Shown: positions 45,275 to 57,187, numbered from the stretch's first letter. The stretch is DNA of 64,000 bases from Acidimicrobiia bacterium (GCA_030065575.1 JASJDZ010000024.1:1717-65716), one strand, 5' to 3'. The notes: generated by a model from the sequence alone, not told the origin. Numbers and translations: made by a program.

Positions 45275-46486
45275 ATGGCAGATAGCCCGACGCTGGGGTC
45301 GTGGGAGACCTGGATGGACCGATTCTTCGTCTGGTCTGCCTACGTTGGCCTGGCCATTTCATCGGCAATTGCCCTGATCGGGAGATGGGATGAGAAAACG
45401 GCCGGACTGGCCGTGCTCGCGGCGCTTTGGACATGGCTTGTGCTCAGCCGGGCGGGAAGACCCACAGAGCTCAGCCAGTGGGCGCTACGGATATACCTTG
45501 TCGGCTTCTTTGCCTTCGGTATGGCCCTCATGTGGCAAAGCCCCGTGTTCCTGGTCTACGGCATCTCGGGCTTCTACCACGCGGCTCTGCTGCGACCCTG
45601 GTGGACCTCTTTCGTCGGCGTTACCGCAGCGAGCCTCGTGGTGCACGCCACCATCATCATCAACGATCGGCGGCTCAGCGCCTGGTTGATCTACGGCGGA
45701 ATCGTTGCGATTCAGACGGCGGCGGTGTGGATCGGCCTATACGGCGGGGCGAGACTCACCGACGTAGCCGACGAGCGAAAGCGCACCGTGCAGCAGCTCG
45801 AGGAGACGCTCGCCGAAAATGTTGGGCTCCACGCTCAGCTTGTTGCCCAGGCCCGTGAGGCCGGTGTTTTCGATGAGCGGCAGCGAATGGCGCGTGAGAT
45901 CCACGACACCATCGCGCAAGGGCTGACCGGTGTCATCACCCAGATAGAGGCGGCAGAGCAGTCGTGGGGAGACGAGAGCGAGCTGAGGAGGCATCTCGAT
46001 CTTGCGCAGGGTATTGCCCGAGACAGCCTCGAGGAGGCGCGGCGGTCGGTCCAGGCGATCCGTCCGGGGCCGCTGGAGCGGAGTCGGTTGCCCGACGCCA
46101 TTGCTGAGGTGGTGGCACAGTGGTCGGATGCTGAGGGTGTCGAAGTCGAGGTCCACACGACTGGTGAGCCGCAACCCCTGCACCCGGATGTCGAGGTGAC
46201 CCTGCTTCGGGCCACTCAGGAGGCATTGGCGAACGTTGCCAAGCACGCAGGGGCCACCCGGGTGGGCGTGACCCTGTCGTTCCTGGGTCGGGCTGTTGCT
46301 CTTGACGTTCGCGACGACGGCGTGGGCTTCGATGCCGGTAGGCCGACAGCCGAAGGTCACTACGGTCTGGCCGCAATGCGGCAGCGCGTCGAAGACGTCA
46401 AGGGCGTGATGGAGGTGGAGTCTGCGCCCGGCGAGGGAACGGCGATCGCCATTACCATCGAAACCGAAGGTGCAGTAGATGAGTGA
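45275..46486 (+). CDS. sensor histidine kinase (HisKA_3 / NarX-DesK type)
   Basis: Multi-TM N-terminus; H-box REIHDTIAQGL; HATPase N/G boxes (ALANVAKHA, DDGVGF, GYGLAAMRQR). Confidence 0.88.
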   Translation: MADSPTLGSWETWMDRFFVWSAYVGLAISSAIALIGRWDEKTAGLAVLAALWTWLVLSRAGRPTELSQWALRIYLVGFFAFGMALMWQSPVFLVYGISGFYHAALLRPWWTSFVGVTAASLVVHATIIINDRRLSAWLIYGGIVAIQTAAVWIGLYGGARLTDVADERKRTVQQLEETLAENVGLHAQLVAQAREAGVFDERQRMAREIHDTIAQGLTGVITQIEAAEQSWGDESELRRHLDLAQGIARDSLEEARRSVQAIRPGPLERSRLPDAIAEVVAQWSDAEGVEVEVHTTGEPQPLHPDVEVTLLRATQEALANVAKHAGATRVGVTLSFLGRAVALDVRDDGVGFDAGRPTAEGHYGLAAMRQRVEDVKGVMEVESAPGEGTAIAITIETEGAVDE

Positions 46487-47123
46487 AACCCCGATTCGTG
46501 TCCTGATCGCCGACGACCATCCGGTCGTCCGGGACGGGTTGCGCGGCTTGTTCGCCGGGGATCCCGGCTTCGAGGTTGTCGGCGAGGCGGAGAATGGGCG
46601 AGAGGCGGTTGACCGCATCGCAGTCTTTGAACCCGACGTTGTTCTGATGGATCTGAGAATGCCGGTGCTCGACGGCGTCGGAGCCACGCGCGAGATCGTC
46701 GACCGTGGCCTGAGCGCCCGTGTCCTCATTGTCACGACCTACGACACGGAAAGCGATGTGCTTCCTGCCATCGAGGCAGGGGCAACGGGCTATCTGCTGA
46801 AGGACACACCCCGAGACGAGTTGCGCAAGGCCGTGCGAGCTGCCGCAGCTGGTGAGTCGGTGCTTTCGCCCCCTGTGGCGAGACAGCTCCTCGGGCAGGT
46901 TCGTCAGCCGTCCAGAGACACGCTCAGCGATCGTGAGCTGGAGATTCTGGCGACAATGGCGAAGGGGGCTACAAACAAGGAGATTGCGGCGCAGCTGTTC
47001 ATCAGCGAGGCCACGGTCAAGACTCACCTGATTCACATATACGAGAAGCTCGGGGTCAAAGACCGGGCGGGGGCGGTCGGCGCCGGGTACGAGCGCGGCC
47101 TCCTGACTCCAGGCGAGCGCTAG
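46479..47123 (+). CDS. NarL/LuxR-family response regulator
   Basis: REC domain (VLIADDHPVVRDG...DVVLMDLRMP) plus LuxR HTH (LSDRELEIL...GATNKEIA..LFISE.TVKTH). Confidence 0.92.
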   Translation: MSETPIRVLIADDHPVVRDGLRGLFAGDPGFEVVGEAENGREAVDRIAVFEPDVVLMDLRMPVLDGVGATREIVDRGLSARVLIVTTYDTESDVLPAIEAGATGYLLKDTPRDELRKAVRAAAAGESVLSPPVARQLLGQVRQPSRDTLSDRELEILATMAKGATNKEIAAQLFISEATVKTHLIHIYEKLGVKDRAGAVGAGYERGLLTPGER

Positions 47124-47551
47124 CGGGTGACGATTTCTTCGACCATGGCGACGGCTTGATCGACGCCGATGGCCGTCATCGGCGTCAGCTCTATCCCCAG
47201 CCCGATGTCGGTCACCGGAATCGAGATGGCCACAGCCTGCGACGGTGGTGTACCTACTGTTGCCGTCATGGCGAGCAGCCTCTCCGGGGTGCTGTAGTGG
47301 CTCATTGCCGACTGGACCTCGGGGTCGGGCACCACCCGGGTAGCGGTTGTCTCGCTCACATCGACGCTGGCGTCGACAAAGACCACGGTCTCCGCTTCTG
47401 CCATCTCGAGCGCGAGTTCGGGGGTCAGCTGCATCACCGACCGAACTGACACGCCGGGCAGTTCGAGGGCGCTGATTCGGTCGGCAACGACACGACCTGC
47501 GCCGTCATCCGAGCGCAGGTCGTTGCCGTAGCCAATAACCAGTGAACGCAA
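47120..47551 (-). CDS. hoxW: hydrogenase maturation endopeptidase
   Basis: 143 aa; VIGYGNDLRSDDGAG motif; directly downstream of the large subunit. Confidence 0.85.
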   Translation of the reverse strand: MRSLVIGYGNDLRSDDGAGRVVADRISALELPGVSVRSVMQLTPELALEMAEAETVVFVDASVDVSETTATRVVPDPEVQSAMSHYSTPERLLAMTATVGTPPSQAVAISIPVTDIGLGIELTPMTAIGVDQAVAMVEEIVTR

Positions 47552-47560
47552 GGCCGCCTC

Positions 47561-49000
47561 TCAGCCCCGCCTCACCGAGGACAGCACGGTGCCCTCATGG
47601 TCGAGGAGAGTCACATCCAGCGGCATCTTGCCGACGGCATGCGTCGAGCAGCTCAGACACGGGTCAAAAGCCCGAATCCCGGCTTCAATGCGGTTGAGGA
47701 TCCCCTCCGGGATTTCCGGCCCGTCGACCCACTCCTTGGCAATCTGAAGAACCGTTGCGTTCATCGGCAGGTTGTTCTGACCCGTCGCAATGATCATGTT
47801 GACGTCTTCGAGCAGGCCGGACTCATCCACCGAGTAGTCGTGGAACAGAGTTCCCCGGGGTGCCTCGGACACTCCCACCGCATGGCGATGGTTCACTCCG
47901 GCCGTCGCACGGACATTCGCATCGAGAATCGAGTCGTCCTCGACGAACACCCGCATCAGCTCGGTAGACGCCAGAATCTCGATCAGTCGGGCGTAGTGAT
48001 AGAAGAACGACGAGTTAGCCGTTCCCCCGGCCCTCTCCCGATACGCCTCGAGCGCTTCGTCGGCCAAAGGCGACCCCATTGTCTTGCAGACATTGAGCCG
48101 GGCCAGCGGCCCAACCCGGTAGATGCCCTCGTTGACGTTGTCGCCGGGTGCAACCATCGGCTTGAAGTACGGGGACTTCAGGTACGAGTCTCGCCTAGTG
48201 GCCTCGCCGATGAGCTCCCGGTAGTTGGCCGGGTCGACGTTGTCGGCGACGACGTTGCCGTCGGCATCGACGAACTTCAGGTGACCGTCGTAGTTCTCCC
48301 ACGTGCCCGCATCGTTGGCAAGGCCGAGATGCAAGCTGGGGAAGAGCCCGAAGTTATTGATCTCCCGCTCGAACTTACCGATCATCGAGATGAAGATCGC
48401 AAGCGCGTCCTCAGCGGTCTGCTGTGCCTCGTCGAGGCCGGCGAGGATCTCGCTTCGCACCTCCTCGGTCATCGGGTTGGCTATGCCGCCGGGCACTATT
48501 CCCGGTGAATGAACCTTGCGGCCGGCAATGGCCTCGAGGACCCGCTGGCCAAACCCGCGCAACCTGATGCCGCGTCGCGCCAGTTCGGGCTCGGCGCTCA
48601 TCACGCCGAACACGTTCCGCGTTGCGGGATCGTGGTCCCAACCCAGCAGCATGTCCGGAGAGCTCAGGTGGAAGAAGCTCAAGGCGTGACTCTGGATGAA
48701 CTGGCCGAGGTTGACTACCCGGCGCAGCTTGACCGCGGTGCTAGGAATCCGGACACCCATGATGGCGTCGCCGGCCTTGGCGGAAGCGAGCAGGTGGCTG
48801 ACCGGGCAGATACCGCACGTGCGTGCGGTCAGGCTCGGCATCTCCCAAACCGGCCGGCCCTTACAGAACTCCTCGAATCCACGGAACTCCACTACGGAGA
48901 ACCGGGCTGAGTCGACTGCGCCGGCGTCGTCGAGTTCGATTGCGATCTTGGCGTGACCCTCGATTCGGGTCACCGGATCAATGATGACTGTGTTACTCAT
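47561..49000 (-). CDS. hoxH: [NiFe] hydrogenase large subunit, NAD-linked bidirectional type (group 3d-like)
   Basis: RIEGH; [10 protein letters not shown]; C-terminal DPCLSCSTH. Confidence 0.92.
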   Translation of the reverse strand: MSNTVIIDPVTRIEGHAKIAIELDDAGAVDSARFSVVEFRGFEEFCKGRPVWEMPSLTARTCGICPVSHLLASAKAGDAIMGVRIPSTAVKLRRVVNLGQFIQSHALSFFHLSSPDMLLGWDHDPATRNVFGVMSAEPELARRGIRLRGFGQRVLEAIAGRKVHSPGIVPGGIANPMTEEVRSEILAGLDEAQQTAEDALAIFISMIGKFEREINNFGLFPSLHLGLANDAGTWENYDGHLKFVDADGNVVADNVDPANYRELIGEATRRDSYLKSPYFKPMVAPGDNVNEGIYRVGPLARLNVCKTMGSPLADEALEAYRERAGGTANSSFFYHYARLIEILASTELMRVFVEDDSILDANVRATAGVNHRHAVGVSEAPRGTLFHDYSVDESGLLEDVNMIIATGQNNLPMNATVLQIAKEWVDGPEIPEGILNRIEAGIRAFDPCLSCSTHAVGKMPLDVTLLDHEGTVLSSVRRG

Positions 49001-49008
49001 CTCTTACC

Positions 49009-49551
49009 TCAACCCCATCGGATGGCTTCGCCCCGATTCGGGGGAAGGGCGCCCTCGAGCAGGGCTTCTAGAGCGGCCTGGATACGGTCTGCGGGCGGAG
49101 GGCAGCCGGGGAGGAAAGCATCCACCCTGATCGCCTTGTGCACCGGCAGGACCCGAGGCAGTAGCGGAGGAACGATTCCTTCCTTCTCCGGGATCTGCCC
49201 GTCGCGGTCGGGGGCGTCCACATAGACCGCCTTGACGATCTCGATTGGATCCCCGAGCGGGTTGCGCATGGCGGTCACATTTCCGGATACAGCGCAGTCG
49301 CCGAAGGCAACCACCAGGCGGGAGTTCTCCCGGATGTGAAGCGCTTCCCGGAGGTTGTCCTCGTTGGCGAGCGCTCCCTCGACGAAGGTCACATCGACGT
49401 CCTGCGGGAACTCCTTGACGTCGGCGATCGGGCTGTAGACCACGTCGGCGACTTCAGCCAGCTCAAACAGCCATTCGTCCATGTCCAGGAAGGACATGTG
49501 GCATCCAGAGCAGCCTCCTAGCCACGCGGTGGCAATTCGTGCTCGTGTCAC
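49009..49551 (-). CDS. hoxY: [NiFe] hydrogenase small subunit (NuoB-like)
   Basis: GGCSGCHMS motif; GTG 49551 preceded by GGAGGAGG, with a GTGA overlap on the hoxU stop (ORF track start 49575). Confidence 0.88.
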   Translation of the reverse strand: MTRARIATAWLGGCSGCHMSFLDMDEWLFELAEVADVVYSPIADVKEFPQDVDVTFVEGALANEDNLREALHIRENSRLVVAFGDCAVSGNVTAMRNPLGDPIEIVKAVYVDAPDRDGQIPEKEGIVPPLLPRVLPVHKAIRVDAFLPGCPPPADRIQAALEALLEGALPPNRGEAIRWG

Positions 49552-50288
49552 TTGGCCTCCTCCGGGTAGAGCCATTCGTGGCGATTGCGGGCAAGCGCAA
49601 GGCGCTTGATCATGGCCGGGTCATGTTCCATCTCGCCGACGGCGCGGCCCTGGTAGGACAGTGCACCGGTCGGGCACACAGCGACACACTTGCCGCACCA
49701 GGTACATGACATTGACTCGCCCCACGGCTTGTTCATCTCGGTGATCAGATGAGCGGACTCTCCGCGGTAGCTGATGTCCCAGACGTGAGCGCCCTCGATC
49801 TCGTCGCACACCCGCACACAGCGTGTGCAGAGGATGCAGCGGTTTGGGTCGAACACGTACTTCGGGTGGCTGGCGTCAATCTGGCGCTTCGGCGACTGGG
49901 GGTCGTACCGAACGTGATCCATGCCGGTCTGCACTGCCATGTCCTGCAGTTCGCAGGCGCCGTTGGAGACACAAACCGCACACACGTGGTTGCCTTCTGC
50001 GAAGAGCAACTCCAGGACCGACTTGCGATAGGCCCGCAACCTCGGAGTCTCTGTCTTGATCTCCATGTCGGCAACGCAGGTGGTTGCGCATGCCGGGCGT
50101 AGCCGATGGTCCTCGGCAACCTCGACCACGCAGACGCGGCAGCCGCCCCAAACGGAGATTCCTTCGAGGAAGCACAGCGACGGGATGGGAATGCCGAGGC
50201 GTCGGGCGCACTCCAGCACGGACTCGCCGACGAAGGCTTCATGCTCGACGCCATCGAAATGGACGGTGACTGTTGGTCGTCTATCCAT
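49548..50288 (-). CDS. hoxU: diaphorase Fe-S subunit (NuoG N-terminal-like, 2Fe-2S + 4Fe-4S)
   Basis: 2Fe-2S C..C..C cluster region, [11 protein letters not shown] and [13 protein letters not shown] motifs; ATG 50288 preceded by AAGGAGG. Confidence 0.88.
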   Translation of the reverse strand: MDRRPTVTVHFDGVEHEAFVGESVLECARRLGIPIPSLCFLEGISVWGGCRVCVVEVAEDHRLRPACATTCVADMEIKTETPRLRAYRKSVLELLFAEGNHVCAVCVSNGACELQDMAVQTGMDHVRYDPQSPKRQIDASHPKYVFDPNRCILCTRCVRVCDEIEGAHVWDISYRGESAHLITEMNKPWGESMSCTWCGKCVAVCPTGALSYQGRAVGEMEHDPAMIKRLALARNRHEWLYPEEAK

Positions 50289-51909
50289 GAGCGACCTCCT
50301 TGGCAAGCAGCGCTTCGTATTCGGATCGGAAGTACTGGAGCGTGCTCAACACGGGGTTGGGCGCTGCCTGTCCCAGTCCGCAGAGGCTGGTGTCCCGGAC
50401 AACCGTGCACAGGTGCTCGAGATCACGTAGGTCTCCACGAGTCCCGTGGCCATCGACAATGCGTTGCAGGATGTTGTGCATCTGCACCGTGCCGGCTCGG
50501 CACGGGGTGCATTTCCCGCAGCTCTCGTCCATGGAGAACTCCATGAAGAACTTGGCGACGTCGGGCATGCTCTGGCTGTCATCCATCACGATGAGACCGC
50601 CGGAGCCCATGATCGAACCGAGCTCGCGCAGGCTCTCGTAGTCAACGGGGGTATCGAGGAACTTGGATGGGATGCAGCCGCCGGAGGGGCCTCCGGTTTG
50701 TGCTGCCTTGAACGTCCCTCCGTCGGGTACTCCACCGCCGATCTTCTCAACGATGTCCCGCAGCGGCGTTCCCATCGGAACCTCGATCAGCCCGGTGTTA
50801 GTGATGTCGCCCGCAAGGGCAAACACCTTCGTCCCGGTGCTCTTTGCGGTGCCGATCGACGCAAACCATTCGCCGCCGTTGTTGATGATGGGGGCGATGT
50901 TGGCGAGGGTCTCAACGTTGTTGATCATCGTTGGGTGGCCCCAGAGACCGGAATCGGTCGGGTAGGGCGGCCGTAGCCGTGGCGTGCCCCTCCGGCCCTC
51001 GATGGATGCCATCAGCGCTGTTTCCTCACCACAGACGAAAGCGCCGGCGCCAATTCGGATCTCGACGTTCAAGCTGAACTTGGTGTCGAGGATCCTCCGG
51101 CCCAGCAATCGGTTGCGGCGGGCCACACGAATGGCTCGATCCAGCCGCTCGATGGCTCGGGGATACTCGGCGCGCACGTAGATGTAGGCATCGCTGGCAC
51201 CGGTCGCGTAGGCGGCGATGGCTATGCCTTCGATCAATCGGTGCGGATCGTCCTCCATGATGGTGCGATCCATGTAGGCACCGGGGTCACCTTCGTCACC
51301 GTTGGCGACAACGTACTTGGTGTCACCGGCGGCAGCGCTGAGGAGCGACCACTTGCTCGCAACCGGGTAGCCGGCGCCTCCGCGGCCCCGGATACCAGCC
51401 GTGCGGATCTCGTCGATGACCGCCTTCGGCTTCATCGTGGTCAGCGCCTTCTCGAGGGCTGAGTAGCCGCCGTGAGCGACGTACGACTCGATGCGGTCCG
51501 GATTGATGATGCCGCCGTTGGCGAGGACGATGCGCTCCTGGCTGGTGAAGAACGGTATGCCGGTGTCGAGTTGATGCTCGGGCAGGGGCTCCTCGTTGAT
51601 CACGTGGCTGCGAACGATTTCCCTGCTGAGCTCCGGAGTCACCTTCTGGTAATCCGTCTCTTGTCCACCGCGCCGCATCATGCGCATCAGCGGGCCGGCG
51701 CTACATAGGCCCATACAGCCGGTCGGGATGACCTGGACCTCCAGTTGCATGTCCTCGCGCTCGACCATGTCTTCTACCGCGTTGATCACCGCCCCGGCGC
51801 CTGCCGAGATACAGGCCGTGCTGCCGCACGCCTTGACTCGCCAGCGGGTTCGGAAGCGCGCTTCGCGCTCGCGCTCGGAGACTTCGTGTAGATCGATTGG
51901 TGCAGCCAT
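50281..51909 (-). CDS. hoxF: diaphorase NAD(P)H/FMN-binding subunit (NuoF-like)
   Basis: [24 protein letters not shown] motifs; N-terminal thioredoxin-like 2Fe-2S region. Confidence 0.92.
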   Translation of the reverse strand: MAAPIDLHEVSEREREARFRTRWRVKACGSTACISAGAGAVINAVEDMVEREDMQLEVQVIPTGCMGLCSAGPLMRMMRRGGQETDYQKVTPELSREIVRSHVINEEPLPEHQLDTGIPFFTSQERIVLANGGIINPDRIESYVAHGGYSALEKALTTMKPKAVIDEIRTAGIRGRGGAGYPVASKWSLLSAAAGDTKYVVANGDEGDPGAYMDRTIMEDDPHRLIEGIAIAAYATGASDAYIYVRAEYPRAIERLDRAIRVARRNRLLGRRILDTKFSLNVEIRIGAGAFVCGEETALMASIEGRRGTPRLRPPYPTDSGLWGHPTMINNVETLANIAPIINNGGEWFASIGTAKSTGTKVFALAGDITNTGLIEVPMGTPLRDIVEKIGGGVPDGGTFKAAQTGGPSGGCIPSKFLDTPVDYESLRELGSIMGSGGLIVMDDSQSMPDVAKFFMEFSMDESCGKCTPCRAGTVQMHNILQRIVDGHGTRGDLRDLEHLCTVVRDTSLCGLGQAAPNPVLSTLQYFRSEYEALLAKEVAHG

Positions 51910-52445
51910 CAGCTACCCCCTCCCACCGCAGCGGCGACCAGTTCGAGCGTCGACTCTGTGTTCTGGTGGCTGAGTACCTCGCCGTCGAACACGACGACTG
52001 GAGCCAGGCCGCAGGATCCGAGACATCGAGCAGTCTTCAGAGTCAGGCTGCCATCGGCGGCCGTCTCTCCGGCGGGGACGTCATATGCTTCGCTGACGCC
52101 CTGCACGATGTCATCTGCGCCCTTGACGAAGCAGGCGGTTCCGGTGCAAACGGTGCACGAGTGGTCGCCTGGAGGGTCGAAGGTGAATAGCTCGTAGAAG
52201 GTGGCTACCCCATAGACCATGCTCGGCGGGAGCCGTAGAGCCCTGGCGACGTAGACCAGGATATCCTCCGACAGATTGCCGAAGACGTCCTGGGCGACGT
52301 GCAGGGTCTCAATGAGCTGATCCTGGGAGTAGCGACCTCGCTTCAGCTGCTTGTCGACGAGTTCGAACCTGTTGTCACCAGAAGGATGGTCCCCTTGCTG
52401 ACGGCCCGAGGTCTCGGCGGCACGGCGCGTTGTTGTGTCGCTCAT
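51909..52445 (-). CDS. hoxE: diaphorase 2Fe-2S subunit (NuoE-like)
   Basis: 178 aa; CTGTAC...C.G.CGLAPV cluster motif; first gene of the operon. Confidence 0.88.
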   Translation of the reverse strand: MSDTTTRRAAETSGRQQGDHPSGDNRFELVDKQLKRGRYSQDQLIETLHVAQDVFGNLSEDILVYVARALRLPPSMVYGVATFYELFTFDPPGDHSCTVCTGTACFVKGADDIVQGVSEAYDVPAGETAADGSLTLKTARCLGSCGLAPVVVFDGEVLSHQNTESTLELVAAAVGGGS

Positions 52446-52621
52446 TGAACCTCACTTGAGTGTCTGCCCCACCATGGTCTGTATAGGCCCATTTCTCCAG
52501 GGGACAATGGCCCAACGGAAGGTGACTGATGGAGCGGAAAACCCTGTGTCTCGCAAAGGATATGCAGTAGCCCGCATGTAAAGAGGGAGGTCGCAGCAGA
52601 CCCCTGCCGAAACCGCCCTAT

Positions 52622-54253
52622 TTAGCCGCCGGCTCCCGGTGGAATCTCCCCGAAGAACTCGACCAAGCGACGGTCGGCATCGTCTCCGAAGAGCATCTCG
52701 GCTACCTCGCGGATACCCTCGGCGTTGCGCACGTCTTCGGCGGGCACCACCTGGGTGATCTTCGACCGGCGCCGCATGAAGTCCTCGAGTTTCGTGATCA
52801 TCTCCGTGCCGGCGGCAACGTGAAGCTCCACTCGCAAATAGTCGGCATTCTCCATGATGTCGGTCCCCATCGACGGGTCGAGCCGGATCTCGTCGAGCAT
52901 GTCGAATGCCCGGCGTCCGTAGCGTCGCCACAGCCGATCCGACAGCGGCTCCACGTCGGGCTTATGCCGCAGATCGTCGAGCTTCATCAAGCGAGCCTGC
53001 CGGTAGAACTCCTCACGAGTTGGCTTTGCCGGCTCGCCGTACCAAGTGTGGGTGTCCTCCTCCAGCGGGATACCGAGCTCTTCGACCGCCTCGGCAACCT
53101 CCTCGCCAACGTTGAGGCAGTCGGTCAGCTTGCCACCGAAGATCGATATCACCCGGCGCCCGAAGTCGACCTCGATCTCGTGCTTGCGACTCAGCTTGGT
53201 CCAGTCGACTTCGCGCATGTCGTCGCCACCCGTCTTCACGACCAGGGGCCGGACTCCGGAACGATCGGCGATGATGTCGGCTTCGGTCAGCGGGTTCTCG
53301 AGATCGAGACGGGCGTTGATCTGTCCGAGTAGGAATTGGCGGTCCTCGTCAGTGACCGCTGTGTAGGGATCGTCGACTCTCGTGTCGGTCGTTCCGATTA
53401 CAGAGCGGCGACCCATCGGGATCACGTAGAAAAGGCGGCCCGTATCGTCGAAGAAGGCCAGCACCCGTTCGCTCTTGGTGATCTTGGGGACAATCAGGTG
53501 GATGCCCTTCGAATAGACGACGCGGTGCTTCGTCTTGAGCCCGAATTGGCTGTTGAGCCCGTCAATGAACGGCCCGGCAGCGTTGATGATCATTCGGGCG
53601 TTGCAGGTGAACTCCCGCCCGTCGCCATCGACATCACGCAAGGTGGCCTTCCACCCGGCGTCGGTGCGCTCGGCATCGACCAACTCGACATAGTTGGCTG
53701 CGGTGGCGCCAACATCCATTGCGGAGCGGACGAAGCTGAACACGAATCGTGAATCGTTGTCGGGAAGGTAGGCGTCGTAGTACTCGATCCCGCCGCGAAC
53801 GCCGTCGATGTTGACGACTGGCTCTTCCTTCTTGATCTTGTCGGCGCTCAGCAGCCTCGGCCCGTGAGTCTTGAAGCTCCCGATTCCCCAGTACGCGGTG
53901 GCGCCCATGATGGCCAGCCAGGGCGGGAAAGGGGAGCTCTTGTCGAGGGCGGCCATGAACGGTATCGGCTTGATGTTGTCGGGATACGACTTGATCAGGC
54001 GGTTCCGGGAGACACAGAGTTTGCGAACGAGGAAGAACTCATAGCTCTCCAGGTACTTGAATCCGCCCCATACCAAGTTGGACGACTCCTGGCTCGTGAA
54101 TGCGCCGAAGTCGGCGCGATCGATCAGGGCTACCGAAGCGCCGCGACCGGCCAGAACGGCCGCCGATACGGCGCCATTGATACCGCCGCCGACGATCAGA
54201 ACGTCGAATGATCCGTTGTCGAGCTTGCTGAGACTTTGGGTGCGTAGTGCCAT
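52622..54253 (-). CDS. glpD: FAD-dependent glycerol-3-phosphate dehydrogenase
   Basis: 543 aa; N-terminal FDVLIVGGGINGA dinucleotide fold; GGKLTD; C-terminal alpha-helical GlpD domain. Confidence 0.88.
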   Translation of the reverse strand: MALRTQSLSKLDNGSFDVLIVGGGINGAVSAAVLAGRGASVALIDRADFGAFTSQESSNLVWGGFKYLESYEFFLVRKLCVSRNRLIKSYPDNIKPIPFMAALDKSSPFPPWLAIMGATAYWGIGSFKTHGPRLLSADKIKKEEPVVNIDGVRGGIEYYDAYLPDNDSRFVFSFVRSAMDVGATAANYVELVDAERTDAGWKATLRDVDGDGREFTCNARMIINAAGPFIDGLNSQFGLKTKHRVVYSKGIHLIVPKITKSERVLAFFDDTGRLFYVIPMGRRSVIGTTDTRVDDPYTAVTDEDRQFLLGQINARLDLENPLTEADIIADRSGVRPLVVKTGGDDMREVDWTKLSRKHEIEVDFGRRVISIFGGKLTDCLNVGEEVAEAVEELGIPLEEDTHTWYGEPAKPTREEFYRQARLMKLDDLRHKPDVEPLSDRLWRRYGRRAFDMLDEIRLDPSMGTDIMENADYLRVELHVAAGTEMITKLEDFMRRRSKITQVVPAEDVRNAEGIREVAEMLFGDDADRRLVEFFGEIPPGAGG

Positions 54254-54375
54254 AACGGCGAGTTTACTCGTGCAGAATTGGTACCGGTTCCATTCCTGGG
54301 CCTCCTCGGGTGAGCTTGGTGGTTACTGCTCTCCTGTTACGCTGCCGCGGGCTGGCATCACCGTGGAGGGATGAG

Positions 54376-55533
54376 GTGGAGATCGACATCGGTATTGCGA
54401 AATCGGGCCGGCGCGCCTGGGGCTTCGACGACATTGCGATTGTACCTTCGCGGCGCACGCGCGACCCGGAAGACGTAAGTCTCTCCTGGGAGATCGACGC
54501 TTTCACTTTTGGGCTGCCCATGATGGGCGCAGCCATGGACTCGGCGGTGAGCCCGACGACGGCCGTTCAGATCGGCAAACTGGGCGGTTTGGCGGTGCTC
54601 AACCTCGAGGGGTTGTGGACCCGCTACGAGGATCCGACTCCGATCTATGAGCAGATCGGTGCGGCTCCGGCTGCCGAAGCGACCGCACTCATCCAGCGGC
54701 TCTACGCCGAGCCGGTGAAGCCGGACTTGATTGGCAAACGAGTTGAGGAGATCAAGGCGGGCGGGGTGCTCGCCGCAGCCAGCCTCACCCCACAGCACGT
54801 TGAGGATTTGCATCATCATGCGCTGAATGCCGGTCTGGACATCCTGGTCGTGCAAGGCACCGTCGTCTCGGCCGAGCACGTTTCCACACGTGTCGAGCCG
54901 CTCGACCTGTTCAAGTTCATCGCCGAAGTGCCGGTGCCGGTGATCGTCGGGGGAGTCGCCTCCTACTCGGGCGCACTACACCTCATGCGCACCGGCGCAG
55001 TCGGCGTCCTGGTTGGAGTCGGTCCCGGGGCGGCATGCACTTCGCGTGGTGTCCTGGGTATCGGTGTTCCGCAAGCGACTGCTATCGCCGATGCTGCCGG
55101 GGCGCGGACCAGGTACCTCGAAGAGACCGGTCGGTATGTGCACATCATTGCCGACGGGGGCATGCGCACCGGCGGCGATATCGCCAAGGCCATTGCCTGC
55201 GGTGCCGATGCGGTGATGCTTGGTTCCCCCCTCACCGCAGCTGCCGAGGCACCCGCCAAGGGCAACCACTGGGGCATGGCCACCTTCCACCCCACCCTTC
55301 CTCGCGGGACCAGGGTCAAGACGGGGGAGTTGGGCAGCCTCGAGGAGATCCTGGTTGGGCCTGCGCACGAGAATGACGGCCGGCTCAATCTCTTTGGAGC
55401 GTTGCGCGTCTCGATGGCAACAACCGGCTACGCCGATGTGAAGGAGTTCCAGAAGGCGGAGGTGATGGTTGCCCCCGCCCTGCAGACCGAAGGCAAGGCG
55501 CTGCAGAAGTCTCAGCAAGTGGGGATGGGCTAG
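54376..55533 (+). CDS. guaB3: GuaB3-type IMP dehydrogenase-related protein (no CBS insert)
   Basis: VEIDIGIAKSGRRAWGFDDIAIVPSRRTRD start typical of GuaB3; GVGPGAACTSR; GTG 54376 preceded by GGAGGG. Confidence 0.8.
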   Translation: MEIDIGIAKSGRRAWGFDDIAIVPSRRTRDPEDVSLSWEIDAFTFGLPMMGAAMDSAVSPTTAVQIGKLGGLAVLNLEGLWTRYEDPTPIYEQIGAAPAAEATALIQRLYAEPVKPDLIGKRVEEIKAGGVLAAASLTPQHVEDLHHHALNAGLDILVVQGTVVSAEHVSTRVEPLDLFKFIAEVPVPVIVGGVASYSGALHLMRTGAVGVLVGVGPGAACTSRGVLGIGVPQATAIADAAGARTRYLEETGRYVHIIADGGMRTGGDIAKAIACGADAVMLGSPLTAAAEAPAKGNHWGMATFHPTLPRGTRVKTGELGSLEEILVGPAHENDGRLNLFGALRVSMATTGYADVKEFQKAEVMVAPALQTEGKALQKSQQVGMG

Positions 55534-55536
55534 CTC

Positions 55537-57099
55537 ATGGTCGGCTCCGCTGGGCACGCGTCGACCGGGGACTTCGACAAGGTCCTCGTATTGGACTTCG
55601 GGGCGCAATACGCACAACTCATCGCCCGCCGCGTGCGCGAGGCCCATGTCTTCTCAGAGATCGTTCCCCGCACCATCACGGCAGCCGAGGTGATGGAGCA
55701 CGAACCGGCAGGGATCATCCTCTCCGGCGGTCCGGCGTCGGTGTATGCGCCGGAGGCATATCAGATCGACCCGGAGATCCTCGACCTCGGAGTACCAACG
55801 CTCGGCATTTGCTACGGCCATCAAGTCATCGCACATGAGCTCGGGGGAGAGGTAGCAAGCAACGATGTCGCCGAGTACGGCCGAGCCCACCTGACTGTTG
55901 CTGCTCCGTCGCTGCTGCTGCGGGGGCTGCCCGAGGAGCAGGTCGTGTGGATGAGCCATCGTGACGCTGTGGTCACCCCTCCAGATGGCTTCAGCGTGGT
56001 AGCCGCCACACCGGACTCGCCGGTCGCAGCGATGGAAGACCGCCGCCGCAACATATACGGCGTTCAGTTCCATCCTGAAGTAGCACACACCGACCGGGGC
56101 CAGGAGATACTGAAGCACTTCCTCTATGAGGCCTGCAGAGCGCGACCTCTCTGGACCCATGCCAGCATCATCGAGCACTCTGTAGATGCGGTGCGAGCCG
56201 GAGTTGGTGACGGCACTGTCATCTGTGGCCTGTCCGGGGGAGTCGACTCATCGGTGGCGGCGGCGCTCGTCCACAAGGCCGTCGGCGATCAGCTCGTGTG
56301 CGTGTTCGTCGACCACGGTTTGCTGCGCAAAGACGAGGCGATCCAGGTCGAGGACACGTTCAGATCCAGCTTCCATATGAACTTGATTCATGTGAATGCC
56401 GAGGATCGGTTCCTCGATGCGCTTGCCGGGGTCGTCGATCCGGAGCAGAAGCGCAAGATCATCGGGGAGACCTTCATCCGGGTGTTTGAAGAGGTCGCGG
56501 CCGAGGTCAGCGATGCCCGCTTCCTCGTTCAGGGGACGCTGTATCCGGATGTGATCGAATCGGGCACAGCCGACGCGGCCAAGATCAAGAGTCATCACAA
56601 CGTTGGTGGCCTTCCCGAGGACATGGAGCTCAGCTTGATCGAGCCGCTGCGGGATCTGTTCAAGGACGAAGTGCGGGCAGTCGGAGAGGAATTGGGCATC
56701 CCTGAGGAGATTGTGTGGAGGCAGCCCTTCCCCGGCCCGGGGCTGGCGGTCCGGATCATTGGCGAGGTCACCCGGGAACGGCTCGACATCTTGCGATCCG
56801 CCGACGCCATCGTGCTCGAAGAGGTAAGGCGAGCCGGCCTCTACAACGACTTGTGGCAGAGCTTTGCCATCCTGCCGGCTATCCGGTCGGTCGGGGTGCA
56901 GGGTGACGGAAGGACCTATGCCTACCCGATCGTGATCCGGGCGGTAACCAGCGAGGACGCTATGACCGCCGACTGGGCCCGCCTGCCCTACGAGGTCCTG
57001 GAGCGGATTTCCTCCCGGATCATCAACGAAGTGCCGGGAATCAACCGGGTCGCCTACGACGTCTCATCCAAGCCGCCTGCCACCATCGAGTGGGAGTGA
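55537..57099 (+). CDS. guaA: GMP synthase (glutamine-hydrolysing)
   Basis: GATase ([14 protein letters not shown]) plus ATP-PPase SGGVDSSV; C-terminal KPPATIEWE. Confidence 0.97.
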   Translation: MVGSAGHASTGDFDKVLVLDFGAQYAQLIARRVREAHVFSEIVPRTITAAEVMEHEPAGIILSGGPASVYAPEAYQIDPEILDLGVPTLGICYGHQVIAHELGGEVASNDVAEYGRAHLTVAAPSLLLRGLPEEQVVWMSHRDAVVTPPDGFSVVAATPDSPVAAMEDRRRNIYGVQFHPEVAHTDRGQEILKHFLYEACRARPLWTHASIIEHSVDAVRAGVGDGTVICGLSGGVDSSVAAALVHKAVGDQLVCVFVDHGLLRKDEAIQVEDTFRSSFHMNLIHVNAEDRFLDALAGVVDPEQKRKIIGETFIRVFEEVAAEVSDARFLVQGTLYPDVIESGTADAAKIKSHHNVGGLPEDMELSLIEPLRDLFKDEVRAVGEELGIPEEIVWRQPFPGPGLAVRIIGEVTRERLDILRSADAIVLEEVRRAGLYNDLWQSFAILPAIRSVGVQGDGRTYAYPIVIRAVTSEDAMTADWARLPYEVLERISSRIINEVPGINRVAYDVSSKPPATIEWE

Positions 57100-57187
57100 A
57101 ACCGCGGCGCCGGGGGGAGCAACACCTCAAGTGACTAGTCGGTAGGGTCGATACCCAAGCAATGCGGGCGCCAGAAGGGCAACACAG

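Noticed and set aside
43589-47123. ABC-2 ATPase/permease + HisKA_3 kinase + NarL regulator as a novel system
   Set aside because: This is a very common four-gene stress or antibiotic-sensing export module with canonical motifs and nothing unusual in its organisation.
52487-52513. Inverted repeat GGCCCATT-N11-AATGGCCC upstream of hoxE as an operator
   Set aside because: The arms are not truly complementary: there is one mismatch in 8 bp. It is short and GC-rich, so chance occurrence is likely.
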